Assembly (NCBI RefSeq): GCF_006345805.1
Contig: NC_043002.1
Location: 16,740,001-16,804,000, forward strand
Source of the DNA: Octopus sinensis
Lineage: Eukaryota
Direction of reading: 5' to 3'
DNA length: 64,000 nt
Positions 1 through 13,115 of the stretch are shown here, piece by piece. Made by a program: the position numbers and the translations under genes. Positions within the stretch are counted from its first letter, which is position 1; every line of letters begins with the position of its first letter. Under the pieces are notes generated by a model. It did no database searches. It was given only the letters and a program-made list of their open reading frames with translations, and had not been told where the DNA came from.

Positions 1-1133
1 CTTTAAAAAAAATACCTGTCAAAATTTCCCATTATAAAATTCTGTTCACAATCAAGATGAAAATAATGGATGGAAACAAGTAAAGCGTATAAACCAGTGA
101 AATACACACAGGCTATATCATATATCTTTTAAAAGGATAAATGAAATCAAAGACATTATAGAAACCCAATTTGAACACAGTGCAAAATATCGCGTATGAG
201 CTGTACGATGCATTTACTTCAATCGTTCAATATACCAGCAGTTAAGTGCTACAGTTCATATACACACATGCACACAAAGACACACATTTGTATGTGCATT
301 GATGTATGGATATATGTACGTATGTATGTACATACGTCTGTCTGCATGTAATTTATGTATGTATATACGCCTGTCTGTATGCAACGTGTGTATATGTATA
401 TTTGACGTTACGAATGAATATTTATGTTATTTTTAGTTATGTTATATTTCTTTTTTATATCATGAGACGTGATTGTCAAATATTCAAACTTGTCAACAAT
501 TACGAAAAATTAATTGCTCTTCATATTGAAAAAAACACTAAATGTGAACTTGTCATCTTATAAATAAATTGTGTAGTTGCTGAGACATGACATTGCTGCA
601 CAACAAAACACAAACAAAAATGGATTCTAGACAGCGAAGAAACAAATGAATAAAAATGAATAAATAAAAGAGACAAAGAGAAGAAAGTTAAACATGTTTA
701 TGCATTATAGTTTTTGCAGTTAATAGAATTTTAATTTTCTGCATGTTTTCCGATAGAAATCAAATTATAGATCAGACTCGCAACAGGAAATTGCTGATAA
801 TGATACTCTTCTCGTAGTTACACAACAATAACTGAGAAAATTAAAGCAAATACAATGATATCACACGTCATTTACATCATTAGTGTTATCTTTTTCATTC
901 ATATTTTTTACAACAATAACAAAAATAACAGCAATTATTTCAGTATTTGATACAACTGCGTCGATTGTGATGCGATTATATCGACCGCTCTCTAAATGTT
1001 TTAGATTTCTACATAATCGCTCATGCTAAAAGAAAAAGAAACACTTGCTTGTATAAGAACTGGGAATATCCTCCGATTAAGAATATTCTCGTTGAAAGTA
1101 GTTTTTTTCTCGTCCCTGGCCATCTACTAGTAG

Positions 1134-1358
1134 ACCTATTTCTTTACTACCCACAAGGGGTTAAACACAGAGTGGACAAACAAGGACAGACAAACGGATT
1201 AAGTCGATTATATCGGCCCCAGTGCGTAATTGGTACTTAATTTATCGACCCCGAAAGGATGAAAGGCAAAGTCGACCTCGGCGAAATTTGAACTCAAAGC
1301 GTAACGGCAGACGAAATAACGCTAAGCATTTCGTGCGGCGTGTTTATGATTCTGCCAA
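1134..1358 (-). mobile_element. SINE family A (tRNA-derived, with central GGTCGACTTTGCCTTTCATCCTTTCGGGGTCG domain)
   Basis: Reverse complement of the family consensus seen at 27049 and 27577. The B box is GAGTTCAAATT. Confidence 0.85.
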
Positions 1359-1699
1359 AGTTCCGCATCACAACTAGAATAGGCCTAATTAACGCGCTGG
1401 TTCAAACTTTCTAACATATATACGCCATTGGTATGTTCAAGCAAGGTTTATGAGAGTCTATCGTGTCATATTCCGGTCACCAACCACTACTAAAAGCGGG
1501 AAGTCTACAAAAATAAATCCAAATACCCGTAGGAATTTAGCCGTCCTTTTCTTGTCAAGCCATATCCATTGGCATTGAAGCAAATTTTGTATTCAATTCT
1601 AGCAAAATCATCGATATTCCGACACTCAGATTTTTTTAAATGGTCAACTACTCGATGCAAATATTTCTCAAGATATATGCTTTTCTGTTTGGTGCATGT

Positions 1700-2430
1700 C
1701 TGTGCGTGTGTCAGCAGACCTACTCTCGTTGGATAAGATCTTTAGCTAATGGCGTGAAGTAAGTAGTTAATTGACCTTGTATTATTTTACAGCTTCCTCT
1801 GAAATTTGCCCTGTCGCTAACAAAACAACTGAAAGAGTGCACATGACTTAGATTCGTGGAAAAGAACTCGATTTCACAATATCCCACGTCATTTATAAAT
1901 ATTCCTGTTATATATACTCATTCATTATTATGGAAATCGAGACTAAACATGTCAGACAGTTTGAAATGCGTGAGAAGGATTGTAATGGTTTTAAACCCTG
2001 CTCTGCTCTCAGCTTCTCCCCTGTAATCAATGTGTGTAACATTCCACTGGCAGTGACAACTAATGTACTTGTTCTAGGGAAGGTCCTCATAAATTAGACA
2101 TCTACTCGTTCGATTCCTATCAGAATGTAGACAGCCACTAGTCTGAAGACTCAGCCGTCACCTTCAATGCTGTTCACACCACAGACCACCCATTTCCCGC
2201 TCCAATGTACGTAGTTCGTACTCGTCTGTACATCTAAGCATACTACAAACAGAACGGCCGACTGAATAAGGCATAAATATCGTAGTCTTCCAGGAGAGAA
2301 GGCGATTTCATTTCAGAAATTCTGTTTTCTCTAATGGCTACTGCATCCAGAGAGAGCGACTTGAGATCGTTGAGCAGGTGCTTCTGCTTCTACCCTCTCT
2401 CCATACCATGACCATTTTTACAACCTGTTA
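1700..2430 (-). mobile_element. Decayed L1/Tx1-type LINE ORF2 APE endonuclease fragment
   Basis: Frameshifted minus-strand peptides KQKHLLNDLKSLSLDAVAIRENRI (about 2320-2390) and FRLVAVY (2127-2147) resemble the N-terminal APE motifs of Tx1/L1 ORF2. Boundaries are approximate. Confidence 0.6.
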
Positions 2431-2554
2431 TTAGCATTGCATTTGTAGGAAGAGGAACAAAAATGAGGGGTCACTCTCACTAATCTTGGGTTAATACTTC
2501 TCAGGAACATTTTCTACGAACTTTCTAAAATCCTACCATAACTCTACTCTCTCT

Positions 2555-2971
2555 CTCTTTTACCCTTCAACTTTTTTCAGTCATTTGACTGCGGCTATGC
2601 TGAAAAACCGCCTTTAGTCGAGCAAATCGACCCCAGGACTTATTCTTTGGAAACCTAGTTCTTAATCTATCGGTCTCTTTTGCCCAACCGCTAAGTTACG
2701 GGGACGTACACAGACCACCATCGGTTGTCAAGTGATGTGGGGGGGGGGGGCAAACACAGATACACAAACATATACACACACATACACATATATATATATA
2801 CATATATACGACGGACTTCTTTCAGTTTCCGTCTACCAAACCTACTCACAAGTCTTTGGCCTGCTCGTGGCTATAGTAGAAGACACTTGCCCAAGGTGTC
2901 GCGCAATGGGACTGAACCCGGAACCATGTGGTTGTTAAGCAAGTTTCGTACCACACAGCCATTCCTGCACC
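2555..2971 (-). mobile_element. SINE family B (tRNA head, internal (TA)/(TG) microsatellite, AGTAAAAG tail)
   Basis: Reverse complement of the 30241-30730 copy. Confidence 0.88.
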
Positions 2972-3429
2972 TAATAAGTTGAAGATATTCCCACAAAATG
3001 TGGTAATTGCTTTGTCAAAATACCATACAATTCTATACATCATCAGAAGATTCTCTTGCGTCGTTTTGAAACTAATGAGTGCATCAAGACTCTCACTCAT
3101 TCTTAAATGCTTGTCTTTGCTCGAGTTTTCAAACGCGATCAAACCCCTTTTTCTCCTGTGTAGCTGAAAGGTAATTTCGTGAGTTGTTGCGGTAATTTTT
3201 ACGTCTTTCGTGACTAATAATTTAAAGTAATTTGGGCACAAAAATGAAGAAAAGAGTTTTGAGTTTAGTGCATTAGTCAATATCAAGAAAAAGTATTTAA
3301 GCTCCATGGAAGCTGAAGTGAAGAAAGGCAATTCTATTCTGGACGGTCACTGAAACCGGACCGTAGAGTTGGGATAAGTATTGCAACATTCTTTACCCAG
3401 CAAGCCTTCGATGTTTCGAATGCAAGATA

Positions 3430-3468
<39 letters not shown>

Positions 3469-3506
3469 CAATATCAATATCAATAATAATAATAATAATA
3501 ATAATA

Positions 3507-3650
3507 ATGAGATCACCATGTTGCGCACATATGGTTGTGATGCATGTGCCTGGTGTACCTTTATCAGACGGGTAGTCATGATGGGTATATTGGGCTTCGT
3601 ATATTTTACCCCAGTGTCACTTTGATGGCATGCACTGCTCTCTCACTCAA
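3507..3650. repeat. Interspersed repeat terminus embedded in (AAT)n, with a second copy at about 4103-4248
   Basis: ATGAGATCACCATGTTGCGCACATATGGTTGTG...GCATGCACTGCTCTCTCACTCAATAA recurs with few mismatches at 4103-4248. Confidence 0.75.
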
Positions 3651-3667
3651 TAATAATAATAATAATG

Positions 3668-3741
<74 letters not shown>

Positions 3742-3796
3742 AAGAAGAAGAAGAAGAAGAGTGATGATGATGATGAGGATGATAAACAGTATCTAT

Positions 3797-4248
3797 ACCC
3801 TGATGCAGTACCAGGTAGTTGCTCTCATGGTTTATGCCCTGATGCAGTACCAGGCAGTGGCACTCATGGATTCCTATCTTAACTGAGTGGAGGTGTTATC
3901 ATGTACATTGTTTTCTCTTGGTATAACGATACGTGCATCTCTGATCACGAGCAGAAATAGTGGGGGAGCATCACAGACATGTGTTGAGAGGAATTCTTTG
4001 GGGTTTAGGATAATTCACCTTCAGAAATATGGGTGGGCTACACGACCTGAAGAAAATTATACTTGTGATCCAACTGCAAGGTCATGCGCCGTTAATATTG
4101 ATATGAGATCACCCTGTCACGCACATATGGTTGTGGTGCATGTGCCTGGTGTACCCTTATCACAATGGGTAGTCACAATGGGTATACTGGGCTTTGTATA
4201 TTTTAACCCAGTGTCAGTTTCATGGCATGCACTGCTCTCCTACTCAAT
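3797..4248. repeat. Longer copy of the same AAT-associated repeat, with a tandemly duplicated start
   Basis: CCCTGATGCAGTACCAGG occurs at both about 3798 and 3837. The copy ends in the same terminus as 3507-3650. Confidence 0.65.
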
Positions 4249-4907
4249 AAACAGAAATGGATGCGGATACAACTGTTACGGCAGCACAATCCTCCACCCC
4301 TTATATATGGATGACCTAAAACTGTACACTACAAATGATAAACAGCTGGAAACATTACTACAGACAGCACATGAATTTATGAAAGAAGTAAACATGAAAT
4401 TTGGTTTAGAAAAATATGCCGAAGTTAACCTTGAAAGAAAGAAAATTAGTTAAGAGTAGCAACATCACACTAGATAAAGCAAATGAAATAAGAGAATTCA
4501 ACCAAAGCCAGTCATATAAATACTTACGAATCAATGAACTATATACACGCAAATTAAAGAGAAAATATATATAAAAGAAAAAGAATACTCTACGCGAGTT
4601 AGATTAATACGGAAAACATAACTCAATGCGAAAAAAAAGATACTAGGGTTCAAAAAGATACTAGGATTAAGGATGCACCACTCAAAATCTGACATAGAAA
4701 GGTTATATATACAACGTATGTAAGTTGGTAGAGGCCTTATACAACTAGAAATCTATTACAAAGTAACCACCATAGGACTGCAAAAATACCTACTTCAGAA
4801 GGATTTAAAACTAATAGAAACAGCCACAAAACCCGAAAAAAAAAAAAAGCCATCGATGCTTCGAATACACGATATGATAATTAATAACAATAATAATAAT
4901 AATAATA

Positions 4908-4939
<32 letters not shown>

Positions 4940-5020
4940 GTCGGGAAGACACTCGGCAAGAAATGGAAGCAAATTTGAAAGAAGGAAAAAAAACAGTAAT
5001 AATAATAATAATAATAATAA

Positions 5021-5051
<31 letters not shown>

Positions 5052-5061
5052 AAGAAGAAGA

Positions 5062-5103
<42 letters not shown>

Positions 5104-6103
5104 TGATGATGATGATGACGACGACGACGACGACGACGATGACGATGATGACGATGATGATGAAAAGAAGAAAAGAAACAGTCTTTAAGGAAGTTGACAA
5201 ATACAAAGGGCAATCATACTCTCTAACAACCATGAAAAAAAAAGAAACAACAAACTGTAAGACAACTGATATCCAAACTAAAAATGGAATAGCAACGCTC
5301 CAGGATAAAACGATGGCAAGAAAAGCTCCTTTCATGGTAAGTACTGGGTTAAAATAAACACAAAAGAAATAGACAAAGCAAAATGCCAAGAATGGTTGAG
5401 AACGTTAAGCCTCAAAACAGAAACAGAAGTAGTTTTAATTGCAGTACAAATCCAAAGTCACCCCACCAGAAATTACCAATAACATAAGGAAAAGACACAT
5501 ATCTAGCAACTGTAGAATATGTGGAGATAAAAAACAATAAACCATATTGTCTCTGGCTGCCCAGTCTTGGCTAAGAAGGAATTTATTCACAGACACGACA
5601 ATGTTGGGACCTATATACACTGGAAGTTATGCCTACAGTATGGAATAACAACAGAAAAGGACACAGGAATTGATAGAGTAACCATACTATGGGATATGCA
5701 CATAGGTAGAGTGACTAAGGCCAATAGACTGGATGTAGTTGTCAGATATCATCAAGAAAAAATGACTTTCTAATCGATGTATCAATACAAAACAGATGAC
5801 ATTGGTTCTCTAAAAGAAATTGAAAAACTTTCAAAATACGAAGAACTGGAAATACAGGTAACTCGACTGTGGAATCTAAAACAGAAAGAATTCCTATCAC
5901 AATAAGCGCATTAGGTATGATAAAAATATTCAGACAAATACATACTAAAAACGCCAAGACTAAGAAATATATATAACGTAGAGAAAATAGGACTATTAGG
6001 CACCGCACACATTCGATACAGTATCAATAAGAGCACCAGAACAAACGGCGGCACATACCTAGGTCAGACTGCAGTGAAAGTACGTGATAAAAATAAGACT
6101 GCT
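4249..6103 (+). mobile_element. 5'-truncated, decayed R4/Dong-clade non-LTR retrotransposon (RT, CCHC knuckle, REL endonuclease), interrupted by a microsatellite at 4882-5163
   Basis: LYMDDLKLY (YMDD at 4304-4315), KFGLEK, H.KSDIERLY...GRGLIQLE, CRICG...HIVSGCPVLAKKEFIHRHDNV, ILWD..ANRLDVVV..LIDVSI and KLSKYEELEI are all present, with many stops and frameshifts. The 3' end runs into (GAT)n/(AAT)n. Confidence 0.88.
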
Positions 6104-6445
6104 TGATGATGATGATGATGATGATGATAGTGAAGATGGTGATGATGATGATGAAGATGGTGATGACGACGACGACGATAATAATATTGATAATAATAAC
6201 AATAATTATAACGAGAAGTATGAGGAGGAGGAGAAGGAGGAGGTGGAGGAGGGGAAGAAGGAAACGAAGAAGAAGAACGAGGAGGAGGAGCAAGATGAGA
6301 AGAAGAAGAAGAAGAAGAAGAAGGAGGAGCAGGAGCAGGAGCAGGAGGAGAAAAAGAAGAGGGAGGAGAAGAAGAAGAAGAAGAAGAAGAAGAAGAAGAA
6401 GAAGAAGAAGAAGAAGAAGAAGAAGAAGAAGAAGAAGAAGAAGAA
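6104..6445. repeat. Compound trinucleotide microsatellite (GAT/GAC/AAT/GAG/AAG)
   Basis: Directly visible in the sequence. Confidence 0.95.
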
Positions 6446-8207
6446 ATATCACAACAACAAGCATAACATTTTCTACATAATCCACAGGATTTCATGAGGT
6501 AACGTGAACGAAGACAGTCTTCAAAGTCATATGGGACCGATGCAGAAAGGATGATAAATGATTGCTGATATTCAGAATGTTAGTGTACACACAAATATTT
6601 CTAGAACTCAAAAGAGTTACCCGAATTTTTTTTTTAATAAATCATATATGTATCTCCATTTCCCTGTGAAAACATGTGTTCTGCTTCGTTATAGCTGTTA
6701 CAGTGGAGCAAGGGTGGTGCTCTACCTTATGGGTCAATGAAATATAATATAATAGTAAAACTGCAATGTTAATATCAGTTCGAATATGCATGCTAAAGTA
6801 CGTTAGTACTTTTGAATAATCCGTCCACAGTCTTTTCTCATAGAAAAAAATTTCTATCTCTAGATATAGTATAATTGTGTAATAGGAAGATAATATAATA
6901 ATAATTCGATATATTAAGTATCATGCCGTCGTTTTGATACACTTCAGAATGCGGCCGAAATTCAGTCTCGATCCGTACCTTTAGATATTACTCGTGAATT
7001 TTATTACAGCTTTACTTTTCTTATGATTGATTGAATTCTATTTTATTCGCAGGTCAGTAATACTCCCTTATAAAATATGAATTATTCTTCAATGGAATTG
7101 TATTCTCCTAGCAAGTTTTAAATCTTCTGTTGCTTCGTTCTGTCGTTAAGTTTGCTTTGCTCGGCAGCCTATATTTTCCTCTCACCTTGAAGTAGAATGA
7201 TATTGTTGTAAGAGACTATTCCTGGTTGTTTTTATTTAGCTGTTGTCATTGCAGTGGTTGTATCTCTTTGCCTTCTTAATTTTCAACTAAGGGGTGTGCT
7301 TTGAGACTCATAACTCGTTGTTAGGTAGAAGGACACGCGAGATTTGTCTGAACCGACAAAAACGCCATGTTTTGTTCTTCTTCCCTTCCTTTTGGACTTT
7401 TTCTATAGAAAGATTCAGTGTTCTTTAATTGCCACATAAGTAAAAGATGTGTTGTATAAGAACGAATTAAATCAATATCAGTGAAGAAAATATAAAGTAA
7501 CAAAATTCACACAGTTAGTGTTCTACGAGGAAATCCTATTATTTAGTTCATCTTTCTTTAAACTCCTTCTTTATTTTTTCTTTATTACCTTTCTTTTGTC
7601 GTTCTTAATTAGTTTTCTTTTTCATTTTTACATTTCTTATCTGTTTTCGATGGAGTTATTTCTATCTATTATCATACAAATTCTTAATTATTTCTTTCAT
7701 TCCATTATTTCTTTGAATTCAAATTATCCTATGTTCTATTGTCTTTACTTTTCCCCGCTTGTTTTTGAGTATCTGATTTTAAAATAAATGAATTTTAATT
7801 AAAATGTTTAACATGAAATAATGGCAAATTTTTCTAAGAATGGCGAACAAAATTGCATTCGAAACGTTCACAATGTAGGACAAAGGTTGCGATAATTTAG
7901 TCTGTGTCAGTTTCAAAAATCAAATCGATTTACTGTTTTTTGAATCCACGTTATGTCGTGTACGCAAATTTGCGTGCAAAATTTTCATTGCCGTTTGGAA
8001 TGGCTCACATTTAATGACATATATATAAAAGACAAGTAGCAAATGACCAGGTAGTTCTTATGCAGAAACAACTATCTCCGTATTTTGTTTAGTGATAACA
8101 ACCCCATTAATTTGTACTTGATAATACGACATCATTTTTGAGGTTTGTAATCAATGCTTTGTATTACAAAAGTATATTCTAGTGAATAACTCATATATAT
8201 ATATATA

Positions 8208-8260
<53 letters not shown>

Positions 8261-8457
8261 TGTGTGATGTATGTGTGTGTGTGTATGTGCATCCTTCTAT
8301 CTATCTATATATGGAATTAATAAATATCAGGATAGGAAAATATTTTAGAACTTTTATTTTACTACCAGTGGTCTAGCATGTAGAAAACTACTCAATAGAT
8401 ATACATATTCATGTAAGTACAGTGTACATTCAAAACCTCTATGTGTCTAAATGAACA

Positions 8458-8519
<62 letters not shown>

Positions 8520-8620
8520 TATAATATATATAATGCATTATATATTATTCAAAGAACTCTGTTTTTTAAATGGTTTATTTATATTCTTATAATATTAATG
8601 TAGAATATAGAACATATAGC

Positions 8621-8661
<41 letters not shown>

Positions 8662-8664
8662 ATC

Positions 8665-9447
8665 AAAATGAAATGAAGTATTGATTGTCTTATTGAATAG
8701 GTGAAATGTTGAATATAAAATATTTGGGGACTCGTATATTTTCATGCGTTATAGTAGTCTTCAAGGTCCCAGGTTCTGACAGGAGTGTTGCAACTGTGGA
8801 ACACTCCTGTCATAGTTGCAGACACTGCTGTTGCAACACTCCAGTCACAACCTGGCACCTTGAAGACTACTATAACGCATGGAAGTATACTAGTCCCATG
8901 TGTGAAGGTGAGTGGCCAAGTGGTTAGGGTGTTGTACTCGCGATCTTATGATTGCGGTTTCAATTCCTGGTCCTAGTCGTACATTGTTTTGTGGAGGAGC
9001 AATGGCCCAGTGGTTAGGGCAGCGGACTCGCGGTCATAGGATCGCGATTTCGATTCCCAGACCGGGTGTTGTGAGTGTTTATTGAGCGAAAACACCTAAA
9101 GCTCCACGAGTCTCCGGCAGGGGATGGTGGTGAACCCTGCTGTACTCTTTCACCACAACTTTCTCTCACTCTTACTTCCTGTTTCTGTTGTACCTGTATT
9201 TCAAAGGGCCGGCCTTGTCACTCTGTGTCACGCTGAATATCCCTGAGAACTACGTTAAGGGTACACGTGTCTGTGGAGTGCTCAGCCACTTACACGTTAA
9301 TTTCACGAGCAGACTGTTCCGTTGATTCGGATCAACCTGAACCCACGTCGTCGTAACCGACGGAGTGCTTCCGTATACTAGTCCCATAATATTTCATATT
9401 AAACATTTCATCTATTCAATAAGACAATCAATACTTCATTTCATTTT
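8665..9447. mobile_element. Fold-back element in (TA)n whose right arm is split by a SINE insertion
   Basis: The left arm (about 8665-8795) pairs with 8830-8899 plus 9388-9447. The SINE block 8900-9372 is flanked by the 15-bp duplication GTATACTAGTCCCAT. Confidence 0.8.
8900..9372 (+). mobile_element. SINE family C (tRNA-Arg-like head) preceded by an extra diverged tRNA head
   Basis: Head 1 lies at 8900-8990 and the full copy at 8991-9372 (TGGCCCAGTGG, GGACTCGCGGTC, TTCGATTCC). A 15-bp TSD encloses both. Confidence 0.88.
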
Positions 9448-9607
9448 ACTATATATATATTATTTATACTATATATTCTATATCTTACATTAATATTATA
9501 AAGAATATAAATAAAACATAAAAAACAGAGTTGGAATTTCTTTGAATAATATATACCCCTCTATACACAAGCATACAAACCCCCTTTATACATATTATAT
9601 AATATAG

Positions 9608-9651
<44 letters not shown>

Positions 9652-9926
9652 AATGCACACACACGCGCAATACACACACTATATATATAGATATATATAA
9701 ATATAGAGAGAGGTTATGAGAGGTAATGGTGTCATTGAGACCCAGATGTGTCAGGTAATGCAGAATAAGTGCTATAGATAGACCATAGTTAAGTTCCAAG
9801 TTCGCTGATTTTGCGAATAAGGGGTTCAACGTTGGTCATATGTCAGCGTGTGTATATAAAATTTGTTTTCGTAATGAGATAAAAAAAAAACAAGGATGAG
9901 TAGGTTTTATAACATTTATACATAGA

Positions 9927-9977
9927 AGGTCTTATAGCTGTTTCCAGGATATTTATCATATCCCTTCATCGGAGACG
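9927..9977 (-). ncRNA. Degenerate minimal hammerhead motif at the 3' end of a probable Penelope-like UTR (about 9875-10620)
   Basis: The minus strand reads GTCT-CCGATGA-AGGGATAT(GATAA)ATATCCTG-GAAA-CAGCT-ATA/AGAC. The core has a U4C change, and ACAGCTAT is one change from the palindrome ACAGCTGT. Confidence 0.6.
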
Positions 9978-11197
9978 TTGTGAGAGAATAGTTAAGTAAT
10001 AGTTAATTTAGATATGATACAAAATAGAGTGAGGTGGAGGAAAAAAATAGATGTGTGATAGGTAGGGATATTGAATTTGTAGATCTTAGGCAAAATGGTA
10101 TACATATAAGATTCCAACAGTATTTAAAATTAGTCATTCCAAGTGTTTTTGAATCAAATTGACCTAAAAATAGGGAGTGTATTAGTATGGTCAAATCGAA
10201 AACAGAGAGGTATAAAGAAAGAGAACAAGAAGAGAAAAAGAAAAAGAGTGAGAAGAAGGAAAAGAGAGTAAGAAGAAAAGTAATAAAATAATAAATTAAT
10301 AAGGAAATAAAAAAAACAGGATGTGGGGAATAAAAGAAACAAAAAGAAAAATAAAGAAAAATAAGGTTAAAGTACCAGTTAATTGTCAGTGGAGATAATT
10401 TGAAAGTAGGAGTCGGGAGATAAAGGGTGACTGAGAGAGAAAGGTATTAAAGATAGAAGGAATAGGGGTGGGTGATAAAAGGTAAAGGAGTGGCAAATGT
10501 GTAGTGGTAGAATCTAAGTAGTGGGGTTGAGGGAGGGGGTTAGTAGTAATGAGAAAGGAATTTAGGATTCTGTATTATTTGGTGGGTCAGTTCTTAGTAA
10601 TATAAGAAAATATATTTGTGAAGATGTATACATATGTATACATTAGACATGTACAAATGTATTTATACAGATATTTATACATATCAATATCTATACATGC
10701 AACCATATTCGCACATGTGTACCCACATATACGTGCATCTGCATGTATTATCGCCCCTGCATACGCAGGTATATATACCTTGCATTAAGACCACCGCTTC
10801 ACAAACTATTCGACTGATTTTCTGTATTCTGTATTTGTGTCAACTTCTTAACTCTTGATTCACGATCACAAAGCACTGAACAGTAAATTACAACAATATT
10901 AAAGTGTGATTAATAGCTAAGCTAATTCAATTGCTAATACCTGTTAGCGCGGCTGACAGTCTGAGGCATATAAACATTTGGATATAAGATGTATGGTTTT
11001 AACTGAACAAATATATTATCAGAAATTTGAATAAATTTCGATAGTTCTTAATCTCTTAGTCCTGTTCTTCATACTGTGGTTCTTATATATTTGCTTAAAC
11101 TGTTTGGCCCAGTTTAAGGATGTTATCAAAAAATTGTCGTAAGTTACTAAATGTATGCGAATAATATAGTGAACTACAGAATAATATAATGAAATAG

Positions 11198-11612
11198 GGC
11201 GGCGAGCTGGCAAATTCGCTGGCGCGCTGGACGATGTGCTTGGCGGTATTTCGTCTGCCGCTACGTTCTGAGTTCAAATTCCGCCGAGGTCGACCTTGCC
11301 TTTCATTCTTTCGGGGTCGATTAAATAAGTACCAGTTACGCACTGAGGTCAATATAATCCACTTAATCCGTTTGTCTGTCCTTGTTTGTCCCTTCTGTGT
11401 TTAGCCCCTTGTGGGTAGTAAAGAAATAGCTATTTCGTCTGCCTTTACGTTCTCTGTTCAAATTCCGCCGAAGGCGACTTTGCCTTTCATCATTTCGGGG
11501 TCGATTAAATAAGTACCAGTTACGCACTGGAGTCGATGTAATCTACTTTATCTTGAGGTCTGTCCTTGTTTGTCCCCTGTAAGTTTAGCCCCCTTGGGGT
11601 AAATAAAGATAT
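11198..11612 (+). mobile_element. SINE family A, dimer with headless second unit
   Basis: GGCGGCGAGCTGGC...GTAGTAAAGAAATAG is followed by a restart at TATTTCGTCTGCC (11431). Confidence 0.88.
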
Positions 11613-12670
11613 ACATTTAGTGAACTACATGCTAAACACTAAGATTAACACTATAAAAGTATACTGGCCGATGCTATGATTTGTCAAATATATTTGATTG
11701 AAAGAAACTAAGCATCTCAAGTCCGTAGCATGTCAACAGTGGAATATATAACTTGCAACACTTGGACCCTTACACAGAAATTGAATTCAGAATTCATCAA
11801 TTTCTAACGTCACATTAAGATATCACTCAATATGTGAGATTATCGTGGATAAAGTAGATTAAAGTTGTGTTTTTTTTTCCTTTCCTTTCAATAGCATTTA
11901 CGTCGTAAACAAATGGGTATAGTATAATCAGAACATAATTATTCAAAGATAAATCAGAAACATTAATGAAGTGAAAGAAACGATAATAGAAGTATTATAA
12001 AATGATTATGGTTTCCAAAGCTTCAGAAATGCATAATTAATTTACGAATATAAATGGTAGAATTAAGTTATCTTCCCTTCTACTTTGAATTAATTCATAG
12101 CTTAATCATGGAAGTCATTATTTGATCTCATGTTGATATTTCGATGTTTCAGATTGGCTGTTATTGTTACTGAAGATAGCGAAATACTGAATTCTAAGCA
12201 AAATTTAGTTACACTCCTTTTCACCTAAATTCAGAGAGCAAAAGTGCATGTTTTCAAATCCCAGTTCGCCTTTATATCAACGATCTAGAATTCATGAATT
12301 TTGAATCAATTTACATAATAGGAAAAAACAAAAGATCTCTAAACAAATACTTTTTAGATGTACTGACAGTTACACGTTCAGAAATGAATGATGTATGTTT
12401 ACAAAAACATAAATTCATGTTAAATTTCACTTTGTTCGTGTGTACAAAGACGATGTAAAAATACTTGTAATTCACTGTAGTCTTTGGCATCGGATGTACA
12501 CCATGTACTTTCTAAAGAAACTGGCAGGTTTACAGAATCGTGTATAATCTAATTTATGTATTGCCAAAAATATATATTTCAACGCTAAATGTGTGCGTAT
12601 GAAAAAGTGCAGGTTTAAATATGTAAACTCAGATTTAATTTGTGTACTTACATTATCTATATCAGTCTAA

Positions 12671-13115
12671 GGCGGCGATCAGGCAGAAATGTTAGCACGC
12701 TAGGCGAAATCCTTAGCGGTATTTCGTCTGTCTTTGTGTTCTGAGTTCAAATTCCATCGAGGTTGACTTTTCAATTCATCCTTTCCTGGTCGATAAATTA
12801 AATACCAGTTGTGTACTGGGGGCGATCTAATCGACTGGTTCCCCACCCCCACCGAAAAAATTGCGGGCCTTGTGCCTAGAGTAGAAAAGAATATCAGTCT
12901 AAGGCTGTTAGCTGTCAGGAACGTTAGCACGCCGGGCGAAATGCTTAGCAGTATTTCGTCTGTCTTTACGATCTGATTTCAAATTCCGCTGAGGTAGACT
13001 ATGCTTGTCATCTTTTGGTGTCGATAAATTAATATCAGTTGCGTACTGGGGACGATCTAATCGACTGGCCCCTTCCCGAAAAAGATTACGGGCCTTGTGC
13101 CTAGATTAGAAAAGA
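12671..13115 (+). mobile_element. Two tandem SINE family A copies (alternative tail GGCCTTGTGCCTAGA)
   Basis: Units lie at about 12671-12890 and 12901-13115. ATATCAGT recurs before, between and after them. Confidence 0.85.

Noticed and set aside
2846-3331. 161-aa ORF as a host exon
   Set aside because: It overlaps a SINE and has no recognisable domain. At most it faintly resembles a hAT C-terminal dimerisation region (ESLDAL).
6024-6497. Long low-complexity ORFs (poly-L/S/K/R), and likewise the YI/CV/HT/MYVC ORFs throughout the window
   Set aside because: They are translations of microsatellites, open in several frames, with no protein signal.
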